64,000 bases of DNA. Source: Deltaproteobacteria bacterium (GTDB taxonomy: Bacteria; Desulfobacterota; Binatia; Binatales; Binataceae). The translations under genes and the position numbers were made by a program. The first letter of the stretch is position 1. Every line of letters begins with the position of its first letter. Positions 47,446-56,840 of this stretch are shown piece after piece. Location of the stretch: positions 13,152 through 77,151 of the forward strand of contig JAJXZF010000017.1 of NCBI GenBank assembly GCA_021780225.1, in the 5' to 3' direction. Under the pieces are notes generated by a model that saw only the letters and a program-made list of their open reading frames with translations, had not been told where the DNA came from and searched no databases.

Positions 47446-49314
47446 TTAGAGCAGGTTGAAGTTGTACTGGAGCTGAGCGGTCAGCATGCTCTCACCCTTA
47501 AATCCGCCGCCCGCCTGCTGGGCGTACGGATCGCCGCCGAGCACTTCGATCGCCTGCAGCTTCACGAAGTACTTTTTGGTCCACGGCGGATTCAACACCA
47601 GCGACGGGAACAGCAGGAAGGTGCGGCCCTTCGGATTAAACACCATCGTCCATGCCGGCGCGATATCCTCCCACATCCACGAGGTGCCGAGATTGAACAG
47701 CGCGCTGACGTTGTTCTTGATATTCGCTTCGGGCACGAGCGCGCCGCCGGTGTACGGTCCGAACGCTTCCATCATCGAGTTGGCTCCATCGAGCGTGATG
47801 AAGTCGTTGACCTCGACGTTGGCCGACAGGTTGCCGGTGCTGGTCAGCCACGGCGCGTAGGCCTGATCGATGTCCGCCGCGACCATCCAGTTGAGCGTAT
47901 CGGTGAAGCGCACGCCGTCCGGATTGCCGACGACGTCCCACGTGTTGACGCCCTGATGGTTGGCGTAAACCGCTTCCGCGCGGCCGACCAGCGGCAGATA
48001 TTCGGAGAGCGATTCCGGAACCGGCAGGGGCATGTCGCCGGTCACGCCGACCTGCTGAAGCGGCGCGAACTTGTTGCGGAACTGGCCAGTGTATTGAACC
48101 CAATAAGTATTCGGATACAGGCTCCAGTCGTTGTAGTAAAACGCGGTCAACTCGGCCGGTCCCACCAGGGTGTGAAAGCGCAAGCCCTCGTCCCAGTTCG
48201 CCACCGTCGACGCGGGTATCTTCCATTGTCCGACGCTCGGAAATCCGCCGCTCAGATTGCAAGCTCTCTGCAGCTTGGCCGGCACCGGATTGAAAGGTTG
48301 CGCTCCTGAGCCGAGGTTTTTGCAGTAGTAAAAAGCGTTCGAGAGCGGCGAGCCAACGAGACGGCTGAACTGCATCGGCAGTCCTGCGGGAATATACGGC
48401 GGCAAGGTCGAGCCGAAGGCGATGGCGGTGTTCGGTGGCATATACCGGAAAGTCGCGAGATGTTCCGAAAAACGCCCGGCTGGATCGAAGCCGACGCCGC
48501 CGGGGAAACCGTTGTTCACGCTGCCCGCGTTGACGTTGCATTCGCCGTCATACCGATGGTCGGCGTAGTCGCAACTGTTCCACATCGGCTGCAGCCGCGG
48601 AATCAGGATGCCCTCAAGAAAGTTCGAGGTGAACGGTCCGAATTGCGGCAGATTCAGAATCGGATGGATCATCCACTGCGGAATGCGCGACTGCTCGAGG
48701 TTGGCGAAGCCGAACGCCCAGGTGGTGTCCTGCGGATTGACCACGTCGCCGACGCGGAAGGCCAGCGATTGGCCCCACACCACAATCTGGTTGCCGATAT
48801 AGGTCGTCAGCGGCCCGGTTTTGTTCTCCCACCACGCGTCGCGAACGTTGTACTGGTTGTAGAATTCGTTGCCGTACATGCCGATCCCGTTCGCGCTGTT
48901 GAAGGCGTAGGGCGGCTCGTAAACAAACCATTCGCGGGCGAAGAACGAGTTGTTGTCGTTCAATTGATAGTTTTCGTCGACCTGCAGCAGCGTGCGCGAA
49001 GTCGCGAGATTGTTGCGGCTGGTGGTGAAGTTTCGCAACGCCGAGGGGTTCTGCCACATGCCGAAGGTCTGGCTCAGATAGCCCGACACGTGCAGTCCGC
49101 TCAGCCAGCTATTTTCCGGCGTAGCCGCGGAGCTTTGCGGCAACGCATCGGCGTTGGCCCCCGTGATATTAAGTCCGTTCGACGGCTGCGCGTTAAGGCC
49201 GCCGGCATTCGCGGCGCCGACGAGCAGCCCAAAGATCATCAGCGCTCCGGCGAGCGCCGCCACTGTCCGGGAGACTCCCCCAGACCTGCACTTCTCGTGC
49301 CATCCAGTCTCCAT
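47446..49314 (-). CDS. large secreted outer-membrane beta-barrel-like protein (possibly DUF1302 family), hypothetical
   Basis: Start at the internal ATG (METGWHEK...), preceded by GGGAGGA. Signal peptide VAALAGALMIFGLLVGAANA. About 620 aa, rich in N/Y/W/F/G with an alternating pattern. GC is noticeably lower than in neighbouring genes. Confidence 0.65.
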   Translation of the reverse strand: METGWHEKCRSGGVSRTVAALAGALMIFGLLVGAANAGGLNAQPSNGLNITGANADALPQSSAATPENSWLSGLHVSGYLSQTFGMWQNPSALRNFTTSRNNLATSRTLLQVDENYQLNDNNSFFAREWFVYEPPYAFNSANGIGMYGNEFYNQYNVRDAWWENKTGPLTTYIGNQIVVWGQSLAFRVGDVVNPQDTTWAFGFANLEQSRIPQWMIHPILNLPQFGPFTSNFLEGILIPRLQPMWNSCDYADHRYDGECNVNAGSVNNGFPGGVGFDPAGRFSEHLATFRYMPPNTAIAFGSTLPPYIPAGLPMQFSRLVGSPLSNAFYYCKNLGSGAQPFNPVPAKLQRACNLSGGFPSVGQWKIPASTVANWDEGLRFHTLVGPAELTAFYYNDWSLYPNTYWVQYTGQFRNKFAPLQQVGVTGDMPLPVPESLSEYLPLVGRAEAVYANHQGVNTWDVVGNPDGVRFTDTLNWMVAADIDQAYAPWLTSTGNLSANVEVNDFITLDGANSMMEAFGPYTGGALVPEANIKNNVSALFNLGTSWMWEDIAPAWTMVFNPKGRTFLLFPSLVLNPPWTKKYFVKLQAIEVLGGDPYAQQAGGGFKGESMLTAQLQYNFNLL

Positions 49315-50057
49315 GCAAATTCCTCCCTGCCTGACTGATCCAGGAACCTTGGAGATCGCTACACTTGGTCCCCTGAGCGACAATCGGCGCCGCTGCTACC
49401 CCGGCGGCGTGCGACGGCGCTTTCCAAAATTGTTCGATTATCCGATTAGAGTTTTTCTGACCGGGACGTTTCCGCGACGCTCCATGAACGCGTCGATCGT
49501 CGCAGACTAAAACTTCAACGCGGGCGTCTGAATGAAAATGACGCCGGGCGTCGGGGTGATTTCGGCTAAAGCGAAGAGATTAATGCCAGGAACAACAACA
49601 GCCGAACCAAACCCTCCCTGCGGAAACGCCTGAATCCGCATCTCCCTCCACCAAATAATCGCTCTCCCATCGCGCCTTCGGCGAAACCGTGTCCGAGCGG
49701 ATCGCAGACTGATAATCCCGCTCGGACCGTCCCGCAGCTTTAGCCGCGGCGCGGAAGCCGCGCGACTTCCGAACCGACGAAAACGCGACTGGCTATGTAA
49801 CAAATCTTCAACACAAGATCAAATAGGGGTCATACGGTTTCATTTGGATTCGTTGGCGACGCAAGCGATGCGTCAGCCGGTTCAAACCGCCGGCAGGGCG
49901 CCGCAGGCAAAGCGCGGCGGCGGCGCGCGGCGTAATTGAGCCGCTTTTCCACAGTGTTCGCCGGGGCCGATGTGAATCGAAAACCGCGCGAAACGGTGCG
50001 TTCATGGACATGATTTGGTAGCGTCAGGCGTGGCCATCGCGGCCGGAGGTAATTGCG

Positions 50058-50987
50058 TTGCGAATCGTATTGATCGGCCAGGCGGCCTTTGCCGAAAAGG
50101 CGCTTGAAACCCTGCACGCGCGCGGGGAGACGATCGTCCACGTCTATGCGCCGCCCGACGAACCCGGCGGCCGGCCGGATCCATTGAAGCGCAAAGCGCT
50201 CGAAATGAACCTGCCCTTCAGCCAGCCGGCGTCCTTTCGCGGCGAGGCGGAATTCGAACGGCTTAAAGCGCTCGACGCCGATCTCGCCGTGATGGCTTTT
50301 GTCACCATAATCGTGCCCGAGCGCGTCCTTTACGCGCCGCGCTATCGCACCATCTGCTTTCATCCGTCGCTCCTGCCGCGTCATCGCGGCGCCAGCGCGA
50401 TCAATTGGGCGATTATCCAGGGCGACGCGGAGACCGGCGTCACCTGGTTCTGGCCCGACCGCGGTATCGATACCGGACCGATTCTGACGCAACGGCGCGT
50501 GCCGATCGGTCCGGCGGACAGCACCGGATCGATTTATTTCAACACGCTCTTTCCGCTCGGGATCGAGACGATGAGCGAAGCGATCGATTTGATTCGCGCC
50601 GGCCATCCGCCCGCCGTCGCGCAGGACGAGCGTTTGGCCACCTACGAGGCTCCGTGCCGCGACGAGCATGCGGAAATCGATTTTCGCAAGCCCGCGCGCG
50701 AGGTCCATAATCTTGTTCGCGGATGCGATCCGCAGCCCGGCGCGTTCGCGGCGTTCGGCGGACGGCGGCTCCGGCTTTACGACGCCGCGGCGCTGGGAGG
50801 GCCGGTCGATGCGCCGCCGGGCGCAATCGTTTCGATCGGCGAAAAGACCATGACGATCGCGTTGAACGGCGGCGCGCTCGCGGTGCGGCGGGCGCGCTTC
50901 GATCCGAGTCCCAAAAAAGTTTCTCCCGCCGAGCTTGCCGCCGCGGGCGAACTGCGGGTTGGAGCGCGTTTCGATCCGCCCGCGTGA
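50058..50987 (+). CDS. formyltransferase family protein (methionyl-tRNA formyltransferase-like)
   Basis: 309 aa, TTG start. Fmt-like catalytic region SLLPRHRGASAINWAIIQGDAETGVTWFWPDRGIDTGPIL plus a C-terminal Fmt-C-like domain. Confidence 0.78.
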   Translation: MRIVLIGQAAFAEKALETLHARGETIVHVYAPPDEPGGRPDPLKRKALEMNLPFSQPASFRGEAEFERLKALDADLAVMAFVTIIVPERVLYAPRYRTICFHPSLLPRHRGASAINWAIIQGDAETGVTWFWPDRGIDTGPILTQRRVPIGPADSTGSIYFNTLFPLGIETMSEAIDLIRAGHPPAVAQDERLATYEAPCRDEHAEIDFRKPAREVHNLVRGCDPQPGAFAAFGGRRLRLYDAAALGGPVDAPPGAIVSIGEKTMTIALNGGALAVRRARFDPSPKKVSPAELAAAGELRVGARFDPPA

Positions 50988-51022
50988 CGGCGGAACGATC
51001 GCGCAACACGTTCGATCAGGCG

Positions 51023-52048
51023 ATGCGGTTGTGCGCGGGCACCGCGAAGGGAATCGTAATCATAGATTCGGAACGCAACGGCCGGCCGCTGATGGCGCTG
51101 GCCGATCCGCCGTCGGTATGGTGCATGGCGCGGGACGACGGCGATCCGAATTTGCTGTTCGCCGGCGCGGTGCACAACGCGCTCGCGGGCAGCGCGCGCG
51201 GCCGCGCTGCGCTGGCGCGTTCCACCGACGGCGGCCGTTCGTGGACCGATATCACTCCCGGCGCGGCGCGTGACGAGGAGGTATGGTCCGTCGCGGCCGC
51301 GCCCGGACGGTCCGGAACGGTCTATATCGGCACGTCGCGCGGGCGGCTGTTCCGCAGCGAAAACGCCGGCGCGAGTTTTCGCGAATGCGCGGCGCCGCGC
51401 CATCCAGCCCCGCGCGGCCGCTCCGCCGCGGCGTCTTCGCGCGCATCGATTCGGGCGATTCGCTTCAGCCCGCGCGATTCCTCGGTGATTCACGTGGCGC
51501 TCGAAGCCGGAGGCGTGTTTCGCTCGACCGACGGCGCACGCAGCTTCGAGTCGCTCAATCTGCCGGTCGCGGAAGAGGTTCATGATCTCGCCATCGATCC
51601 TGAAGATCCATCGCGGCTGATCGTCGCGACGGGCGCGGGCGTCTATTTCTCGGCCACGGCCGGCGCGTCATGGAGCCGCGCGGCAGGCTTGACGCGGGCA
51701 TGGGCGATCGCGCTGCTGTTCGCCGGCGCGGGTTCGGGACGATCTATCTTCGGTTCCGCCGCGGCCACGCCGCCGCCGCTTTGGGCGATGGGACCGGCGG
51801 GCGCCGACGCGAAGATTTTTCGCAGCTTTGATAGTGGCCGCACCTTCGCGCCGCTCGTCCACGCCGCCGCCGCAGCTCATCCGGGACGTGGAGCCGTGAT
51901 GAGGTTCGCAGCGAATCCCGATGAACCGAACGACATTTTCGGCGCGGTTTCAGACGGCTCGATTGTGCGAATCGACGCCGCTTCAGGGGCGGTTCGGCTG
52001 ATCGCGGACCGGCTGCCCCCGGTTTACGACATCCTCGTAATTCATTGA
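51023..52048 (+). CDS. BNR/Asp-box repeat protein (Ycf48-like beta-propeller)
   Basis: Internal ATG (MRLCAGTAKGIVIID...). Repeated S-x-D-x-G-x-S/T-W/F motifs (STDGGRSW, RSENAGASF, STDGARSF, SFDSGRTF). Confidence 0.62.
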   Translation: MRLCAGTAKGIVIIDSERNGRPLMALADPPSVWCMARDDGDPNLLFAGAVHNALAGSARGRAALARSTDGGRSWTDITPGAARDEEVWSVAAAPGRSGTVYIGTSRGRLFRSENAGASFRECAAPRHPAPRGRSAAASSRASIRAIRFSPRDSSVIHVALEAGGVFRSTDGARSFESLNLPVAEEVHDLAIDPEDPSRLIVATGAGVYFSATAGASWSRAAGLTRAWAIALLFAGAGSGRSIFGSAAATPPPLWAMGPAGADAKIFRSFDSGRTFAPLVHAAAAAHPGRGAVMRFAANPDEPNDIFGAVSDGSIVRIDAASGAVRLIADRLPPVYDILVIH

Positions 52049-52195
52049 CCGCGGGAGCGCGCCGCAAGCGGGAATCGCGATCGTCGCGGCGGCAAACAAT
52101 TTGCGACGATCGGCGCTAAGCGCGCAGGCGCATCCCGCGACCATCCGCGTGAACGTCACGCGCGGCGCGTGATGGCGCGCCCCGATTTCGCAAAA

Positions 52196-53080
52196 TCAGG
52201 CGGTCCGCGCCGCGCGCAACCGCTTCACCTCGGTCGCCATTCCGAGCTTTTCAAACAGCCAGATTACCGCATAGCCGGCGTCGGGCTGACGCCAGTTGTA
52301 TCCGAGGCGGGCGAGACCCGGACGCGCATGATGGTTGCGATGCCAATTCTCGCCCTGAAAAAAATGCATCAGGCCGAGCCAGCCGACGTTGCGGCTCGAA
52401 TCGGAGCCGACGGGAGTATTGGGTTCCGTATGGCATACGCTGTTCACGAAGCATTGCGCGTGCAGGGAAAAGACCAACCGAATCGCCCCCAGCCAGAAGA
52501 ACGCGGCCCATCCGAACATAAGGCCGCCGAAAAACGACAGCGCCAGGATGGGCGGCTGGAGCGCCGGCCAGATGCGATACGACCCGCCGGCCATGTCCGG
52601 ACAGAATTTGCCGATCGCCGGAAATTCCGCCTGCCACAGCCAGCGCAGATGCGCCCACCAGAAACCGTGCCGCACGGGACTGGAAACGTCGCCCTCGCTG
52701 TCGGCGTTGGCGTGATGAATTCGATGGCTGGCGACCCAGGTGAGGGGCAAACCGGAGCCGTTGAAGATGGCGCAGAAAATCAGCGCCGCTTCGCTCCATC
52801 GATTCAGCTTCACCGCGCGGTGGGCAAGGGAGCGATGGTAGCAGACAGTGGTGCCGATGCCGCCGATCCAGCTGAGCGCAACCGCGCCCGCCAGAATCCG
52901 CCATCCCGGCAAGGGAAACAGAATCAAGCCCGCGACCGCGGTGGAATGGATCAGAATGAACCACGGCAGCACCATCCGATCATGCCGGGTGGTGCGCCAC
53001 CACGGCCATTCCCATCCCGGAATTGCCGTTGACGCGGACTCGATCGAATTCGTGGACAGGTTGGGCGTATGGGCTGCCAA
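52196..53080 (-). CDS. acyl-CoA/acyl-lipid delta-9 fatty acid desaturase
   Basis: 294 aa membrane protein with three His boxes (HRSLAH, HRIHH, HRNHH). Confidence 0.85.
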   Translation of the reverse strand: MAAHTPNLSTNSIESASTAIPGWEWPWWRTTRHDRMVLPWFILIHSTAVAGLILFPLPGWRILAGAVALSWIGGIGTTVCYHRSLAHRAVKLNRWSEAALIFCAIFNGSGLPLTWVASHRIHHANADSEGDVSSPVRHGFWWAHLRWLWQAEFPAIGKFCPDMAGGSYRIWPALQPPILALSFFGGLMFGWAAFFWLGAIRLVFSLHAQCFVNSVCHTEPNTPVGSDSSRNVGWLGLMHFFQGENWHRNHHARPGLARLGYNWRQPDAGYAVIWLFEKLGMATEVKRLRAARTA

Positions 53081-53128
53081 GTGGCTTACCTTTGAGTGGT
53101 TGCGATATATGGATGGTTCCGCTTGAGA

Positions 53129-54349
53129 TTAGCTCGCACGGAAGCGATTTCGGCGCGGTTGGCGGCGACCGGAGGGGGGACGATCGATCGCCAGCGCCGG
53201 CGAACGATCCGATGGCGCCTGCTGGAGCGCAGGCGGTTCAAAACCGGCCACGGTAGTGCGGTCGAGCTTGCGGCCCAGCCGTTTTTCAAGATCGCCGAGT
53301 GCGCCGCGTTCCTCCGGCGTGACGAGCGTCAGCGCCTCGCCCGATTTGCCCATCCGGGCGGTCCGGCCGATGCGATGAATATAGGTGTCGGAGGCGTCCG
53401 GCAGGTCGAAATTAATTACATGGGATACATCGGGAATATCGAGTCCGCGCGCCGCGATATCGGTCGCGACGAGCACGCGGTACGAGCCCCGGCGAAAACC
53501 GGACAGCGCCGCGCTCCGCTGGTTTTGCGAGCGGTCGCCGTGGATAGCCGCCGCGGAAACGCCCCCGCGCGCCAGCATCCGCGTGACCCGGTCGGCGCGG
53601 CTGCGCGTGCGTGTGAAAACGATCGCGCTCTCGACCTCCGGGCGTTTCATCAATTCGAGCAGCAACGGTCCCTTGTCGGCGAGTTCGACCGGGCAGACCG
53701 AGTGCCGAATCGTCATTGGCGGAGCGGCGATTTTGCCGATGTTGACGCGGGCCGGGTCGCGCAGGAATTCGCGCGCAATCCGTTCGACTTCCGCGTCCAT
53801 CGTGGCTGAAAACATCAGCGTCTGGCGCGGAGTCTTGAGCGCCCTGACGATCCGGCGCAACTGCGGCAGAAAGCCCATGTCGAGCATCCGGTCCGCTTCG
53901 TCGATCACGACCAGCGTGACCCGATCGAGCCTGACGGTCCTGCGTTCCAGATGGTCGATCAGGCGGCCCGGACAGGCGATCAGATAATCCGCGACGCGGA
54001 TTTCGGCGATCTGGCGGTTCATCGATTCGCCGCCAACGATCACGGCTTTGCGCACGCGGCCGTTGCGCGAAAGCAGGTCGGCCTCATGGCCGATTTGGGC
54101 GGCGAGCTCGCGCGTCGGCGCCAGAATCAGGGCGGTGATTCCGCCGCCGCGATGCGCGCGCAGGCGGTCCAGCATCGGCAGCAGAAACGCGGCGGTTTTG
54201 CCGCTTCCGGTGCCGGCGGTCGCCACCAGGTCGCGGCCTTCGAGAGCTACCGGAATAGCGCTGAATTGAATCGGCGTCGGTTCGCGATGGCCTCGGTCGC
54301 GGATTGATTGAAGAGTTTCGGGCGAAAGTGCAAATGCGGAAAAAGACAA
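53129..54349 (-). CDS. DEAD-box ATP-dependent RNA helicase
   Basis: Q-motif and motif I AGTGSGKT, PTRELA, DEAD (VIDEADRML), SAT, HRIGRTAR, and a C-terminal basic tail. Confidence 0.92.
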   Translation of the reverse strand: MSFSAFALSPETLQSIRDRGHREPTPIQFSAIPVALEGRDLVATAGTGSGKTAAFLLPMLDRLRAHRGGGITALILAPTRELAAQIGHEADLLSRNGRVRKAVIVGGESMNRQIAEIRVADYLIACPGRLIDHLERRTVRLDRVTLVVIDEADRMLDMGFLPQLRRIVRALKTPRQTLMFSATMDAEVERIAREFLRDPARVNIGKIAAPPMTIRHSVCPVELADKGPLLLELMKRPEVESAIVFTRTRSRADRVTRMLARGGVSAAAIHGDRSQNQRSAALSGFRRGSYRVLVATDIAARGLDIPDVSHVINFDLPDASDTYIHRIGRTARMGKSGEALTLVTPEERGALGDLEKRLGRKLDRTTVAGFEPPALQQAPSDRSPALAIDRPPSGRRQPRRNRFRAS

Positions 54350-54644
54350 ACGGTCTCCGTTTTCAGAGCCAGCGGATTCAGGTCGGGCCGAGCGGCCAAA
54401 CGATTGGATCTGGGTGGTTGGATTACGGCGTCACGGAATCCGACGCGCGCTTGGCCATTATTGGCCACTCCCCAGACTACGGACTGTCCGCGATCCATGC
54501 AAGTAGGTGGGCGTATTTCGATCCGTCGATATCGGCGCGCGCGGCGATATGCGCGCGCGGGTCAACGGAAGGTTTCGCTGAAAGGGATGGCGGGCGAAAA
54601 ATCGCCGATTCGCGATCGGGAATGTGCGGGTCTTATGCTGCGTG

Positions 54645-54926
54645 TTACCGATGGGCCGCGCGATTGCGCGCCTTGCCGTTTTTCAGGGCGGGATCGATTT
54701 CAATCTTGATTGACTGTCCCTTCAGCACGCTGTTGTTCAGCAGGCTGTAGGCGACGACGACGTCCGCCAGCGCCGCCATCTCGACGAATCCGAATCCGCG
54801 GCAGCGGCCCGACGCGCGGTCCGTGACCGCCAAGGCGCCGATCGCTCCGCCCGCGCTCGAAAAATGTTGCAGAAGATCGTTGCTCGTAACCGAACTCGCA
54901 AGGTTGCCGACATACAGTTTGGGCAT
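54645..54926 (-). CDS. RRM-type RNA-binding protein
   Basis: 93 aa. RNP-2 KLYVGNL and RNP-1 RGFGFVEM. Upstream of, and co-oriented with, the DEAD-box helicase gene. Confidence 0.8.
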   Translation of the reverse strand: MPKLYVGNLASSVTSNDLLQHFSSAGGAIGALAVTDRASGRCRGFGFVEMAALADVVVAYSLLNNSVLKGQSIKIEIDPALKNGKARNRAAHR

Positions 54927-55122
54927 ATTTCGCCTCGTGTTTCGTTCAGGCGGTTCGGATAGTCCCCGTGCGGGCGCATCGTCAGGCTGAAGGGAAGGAA
55001 ATCCGAAGAGCGTGTAAGATGATTTTATGCTCCACCGCCTGAAATGTACATGCGCCGCGATCGCACGACCGCGGCCGCCCGGCTTGAGCGCCCGATCCGG
55101 GCGTGGCTAAGCTGGTACGCGC

Positions 55123-56406
55123 GTGTTCCCCGATGAAATAGCGATCGCGCCGCTCGCTCGACCGATCGACGCCGAGGTGCGGCCGCCCGGTTCGAAAAGC
55201 ATCACCAACCGCGCCCTGCTGCTTGCGGCGATGGCCGAAGGCGGCTCGGCGATCGGCGGCGCGTTGATCAGCGACGACACGCGCCGGATGGCCGAAGCGC
55301 TGGGCGCGCTCGGTTTTGCGATCGACGTGGATGAAGCGGGACGGCGTATCAAGGTCGGCGGCAAAGGCGGAGAAATTCCGGTCGCGAATGCCAACCTCCA
55401 GGCGGGCGGCGCCGGCACCGCGATGCGTTTTCTGGCCGGATTCGTGACGCTGGGCCGCGGCCGCTACCGAATCGACGGCAACGCCCGGATGCGCGAGCGG
55501 CCGATCGGCGCGCTGCTCGACGCGCTCCGCGCGCTCGGCGCCGACGCGACGAGCGAACGCGGCGACGGCCGGCCGCCTATAGCGATCGACATGCATGGCG
55601 AACGGTTTCCCGGCGGCAGTGCGGAAATCGACGCCAGCCAATCCTCGCAATTCGTTTCGGCATTGTTGATGCCGGCGGCGCTGTGGCCGCGCGGTTTGCG
55701 ATTGAGAACGCGCGGTGAGGCGGCGCGGCCGTTTATCGAAATGACGCTCGCGCTGATGCGGCAATGGGGCGCCCGGAGCATGTCCGACGGCGCCGAAATA
55801 ATGGTTCCGGGCGGCCAGCGCTATCGCTCCCGGGATTTCAACGTTGAACCGGACGCGACCGCCGCGAGCTATTTCGCCGCCGCCGCGGCGCTGGTTGGCG
55901 GCACGGTCGTGATTCGCGGACTTGGCCGCGGCAGCGTGCAGGGCGACGCGCGTTTTATCGACCTGCTGGCGCGGATGGGCGCGCGGGTCGACTGGCGCGA
56001 CGACGCCGTCGCGATTACCGGAACGGGCCGGCTGCTCGGCGTCGACGCGGAGCTTAACGCCACCCCGGACGTGGTGCCGACGCTGGCCGCGATCGCGCCG
56101 TTCGCCGGCACGCCGACGCGGATTCGCAAGGTCGGCTTCATCCGCCATCACGAGAGCGACCGGATCGCGGCGCTGGCGGCGGAGTTGCGCCGGGTTGGCG
56201 CGACCGTCGCCGAATTCGACGACGGGCTTGAAATCCAACCGTCGGCGCCGCGGCCCGCCGCGATCGAAACCTACGACGACCATCGCATTGCGATGGCCTT
56301 CGCGGTGGCCGGGTTAAAGGCTGGCGGCATCCGAATCAGGAATCCCGGATGCGTCGCGAAGACTTGGCCCGAATTTTTCGACGATTTGGAGCGGCTCAGA
56401 CGATAG
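55123..56406 (+). CDS. aroA: 3-phosphoshikimate 1-carboxyvinyltransferase (EPSP synthase)
   Basis: 427 aa, GTG start. PGSKSITNRALLLAAMAEG and the EPSPS fold pattern (RMRERPIG, DASQSSQF). Confidence 0.9.
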   Translation: MFPDEIAIAPLARPIDAEVRPPGSKSITNRALLLAAMAEGGSAIGGALISDDTRRMAEALGALGFAIDVDEAGRRIKVGGKGGEIPVANANLQAGGAGTAMRFLAGFVTLGRGRYRIDGNARMRERPIGALLDALRALGADATSERGDGRPPIAIDMHGERFPGGSAEIDASQSSQFVSALLMPAALWPRGLRLRTRGEAARPFIEMTLALMRQWGARSMSDGAEIMVPGGQRYRSRDFNVEPDATAASYFAAAAALVGGTVVIRGLGRGSVQGDARFIDLLARMGARVDWRDDAVAITGTGRLLGVDAELNATPDVVPTLAAIAPFAGTPTRIRKVGFIRHHESDRIAALAAELRRVGATVAEFDDGLEIQPSAPRPAAIETYDDHRIAMAFAVAGLKAGGIRIRNPGCVAKTWPEFFDDLERLRR

Positions 56407-56478
56407 GCCGCGGCTTGGTCACAGAGTGATTCGGCCGGCGGCGCGCGTCGCTTGTTATCGCGCCGCCGGCCGTCGCTT

Positions 56479-56799
56479 TTATCCTTCGGCGAGAGTTTTC
56501 AAATCCTCGGCCCAGTTCTCATACGGGCGCAGCGGAATAATCTCGATATCCTTCGCGACATGGGAGTAGCCGAGCTTCCAGATCGGCAACTGATGTATCG
56601 CCTGATCGAGCACATCGTGATTCGGCATATCCAGGATCGCGATCACGATCGGTTTGCCCGCCGTCTTCCAGATGCCCTTGATCGCTCCGGCTTTGACCGC
56701 TTCCAGCGCGGCCTGCGATTCCTTCAGCCAGACCGAGTAGAACTCCTTGTTCGAAGTGTGGGCGGGCTTGTCGATATACACTTTCAGCATGAACAACAT
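56479..56799 (-). CDS. muconolactone delta-isomerase-family protein
   Basis: C-terminal 106 aa of ORF 56479..57201, starting MLFMLKVYIDKP, with GAGGGGA upstream. Size and N-terminal MLF-VK pattern match the MIase family. Confidence 0.65.
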   Translation of the reverse strand: MLFMLKVYIDKPAHTSNKEFYSVWLKESQAALEAVKAGAIKGIWKTAGKPIVIAILDMPNHDVLDQAIHQLPIWKLGYSHVAKDIEIIPLRPYENWAEDLKTLAEG

Positions 56800-56840
56800 A
56801 TTGCTTGCGTCCCCTCGGCGGGGTGGGTTGAAAATCCGGC

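Noticed and set aside
52169-53032. 287-aa plus-strand ORF over the desaturase locus
   Set aside because: Antisense to a gene with three canonical His boxes.
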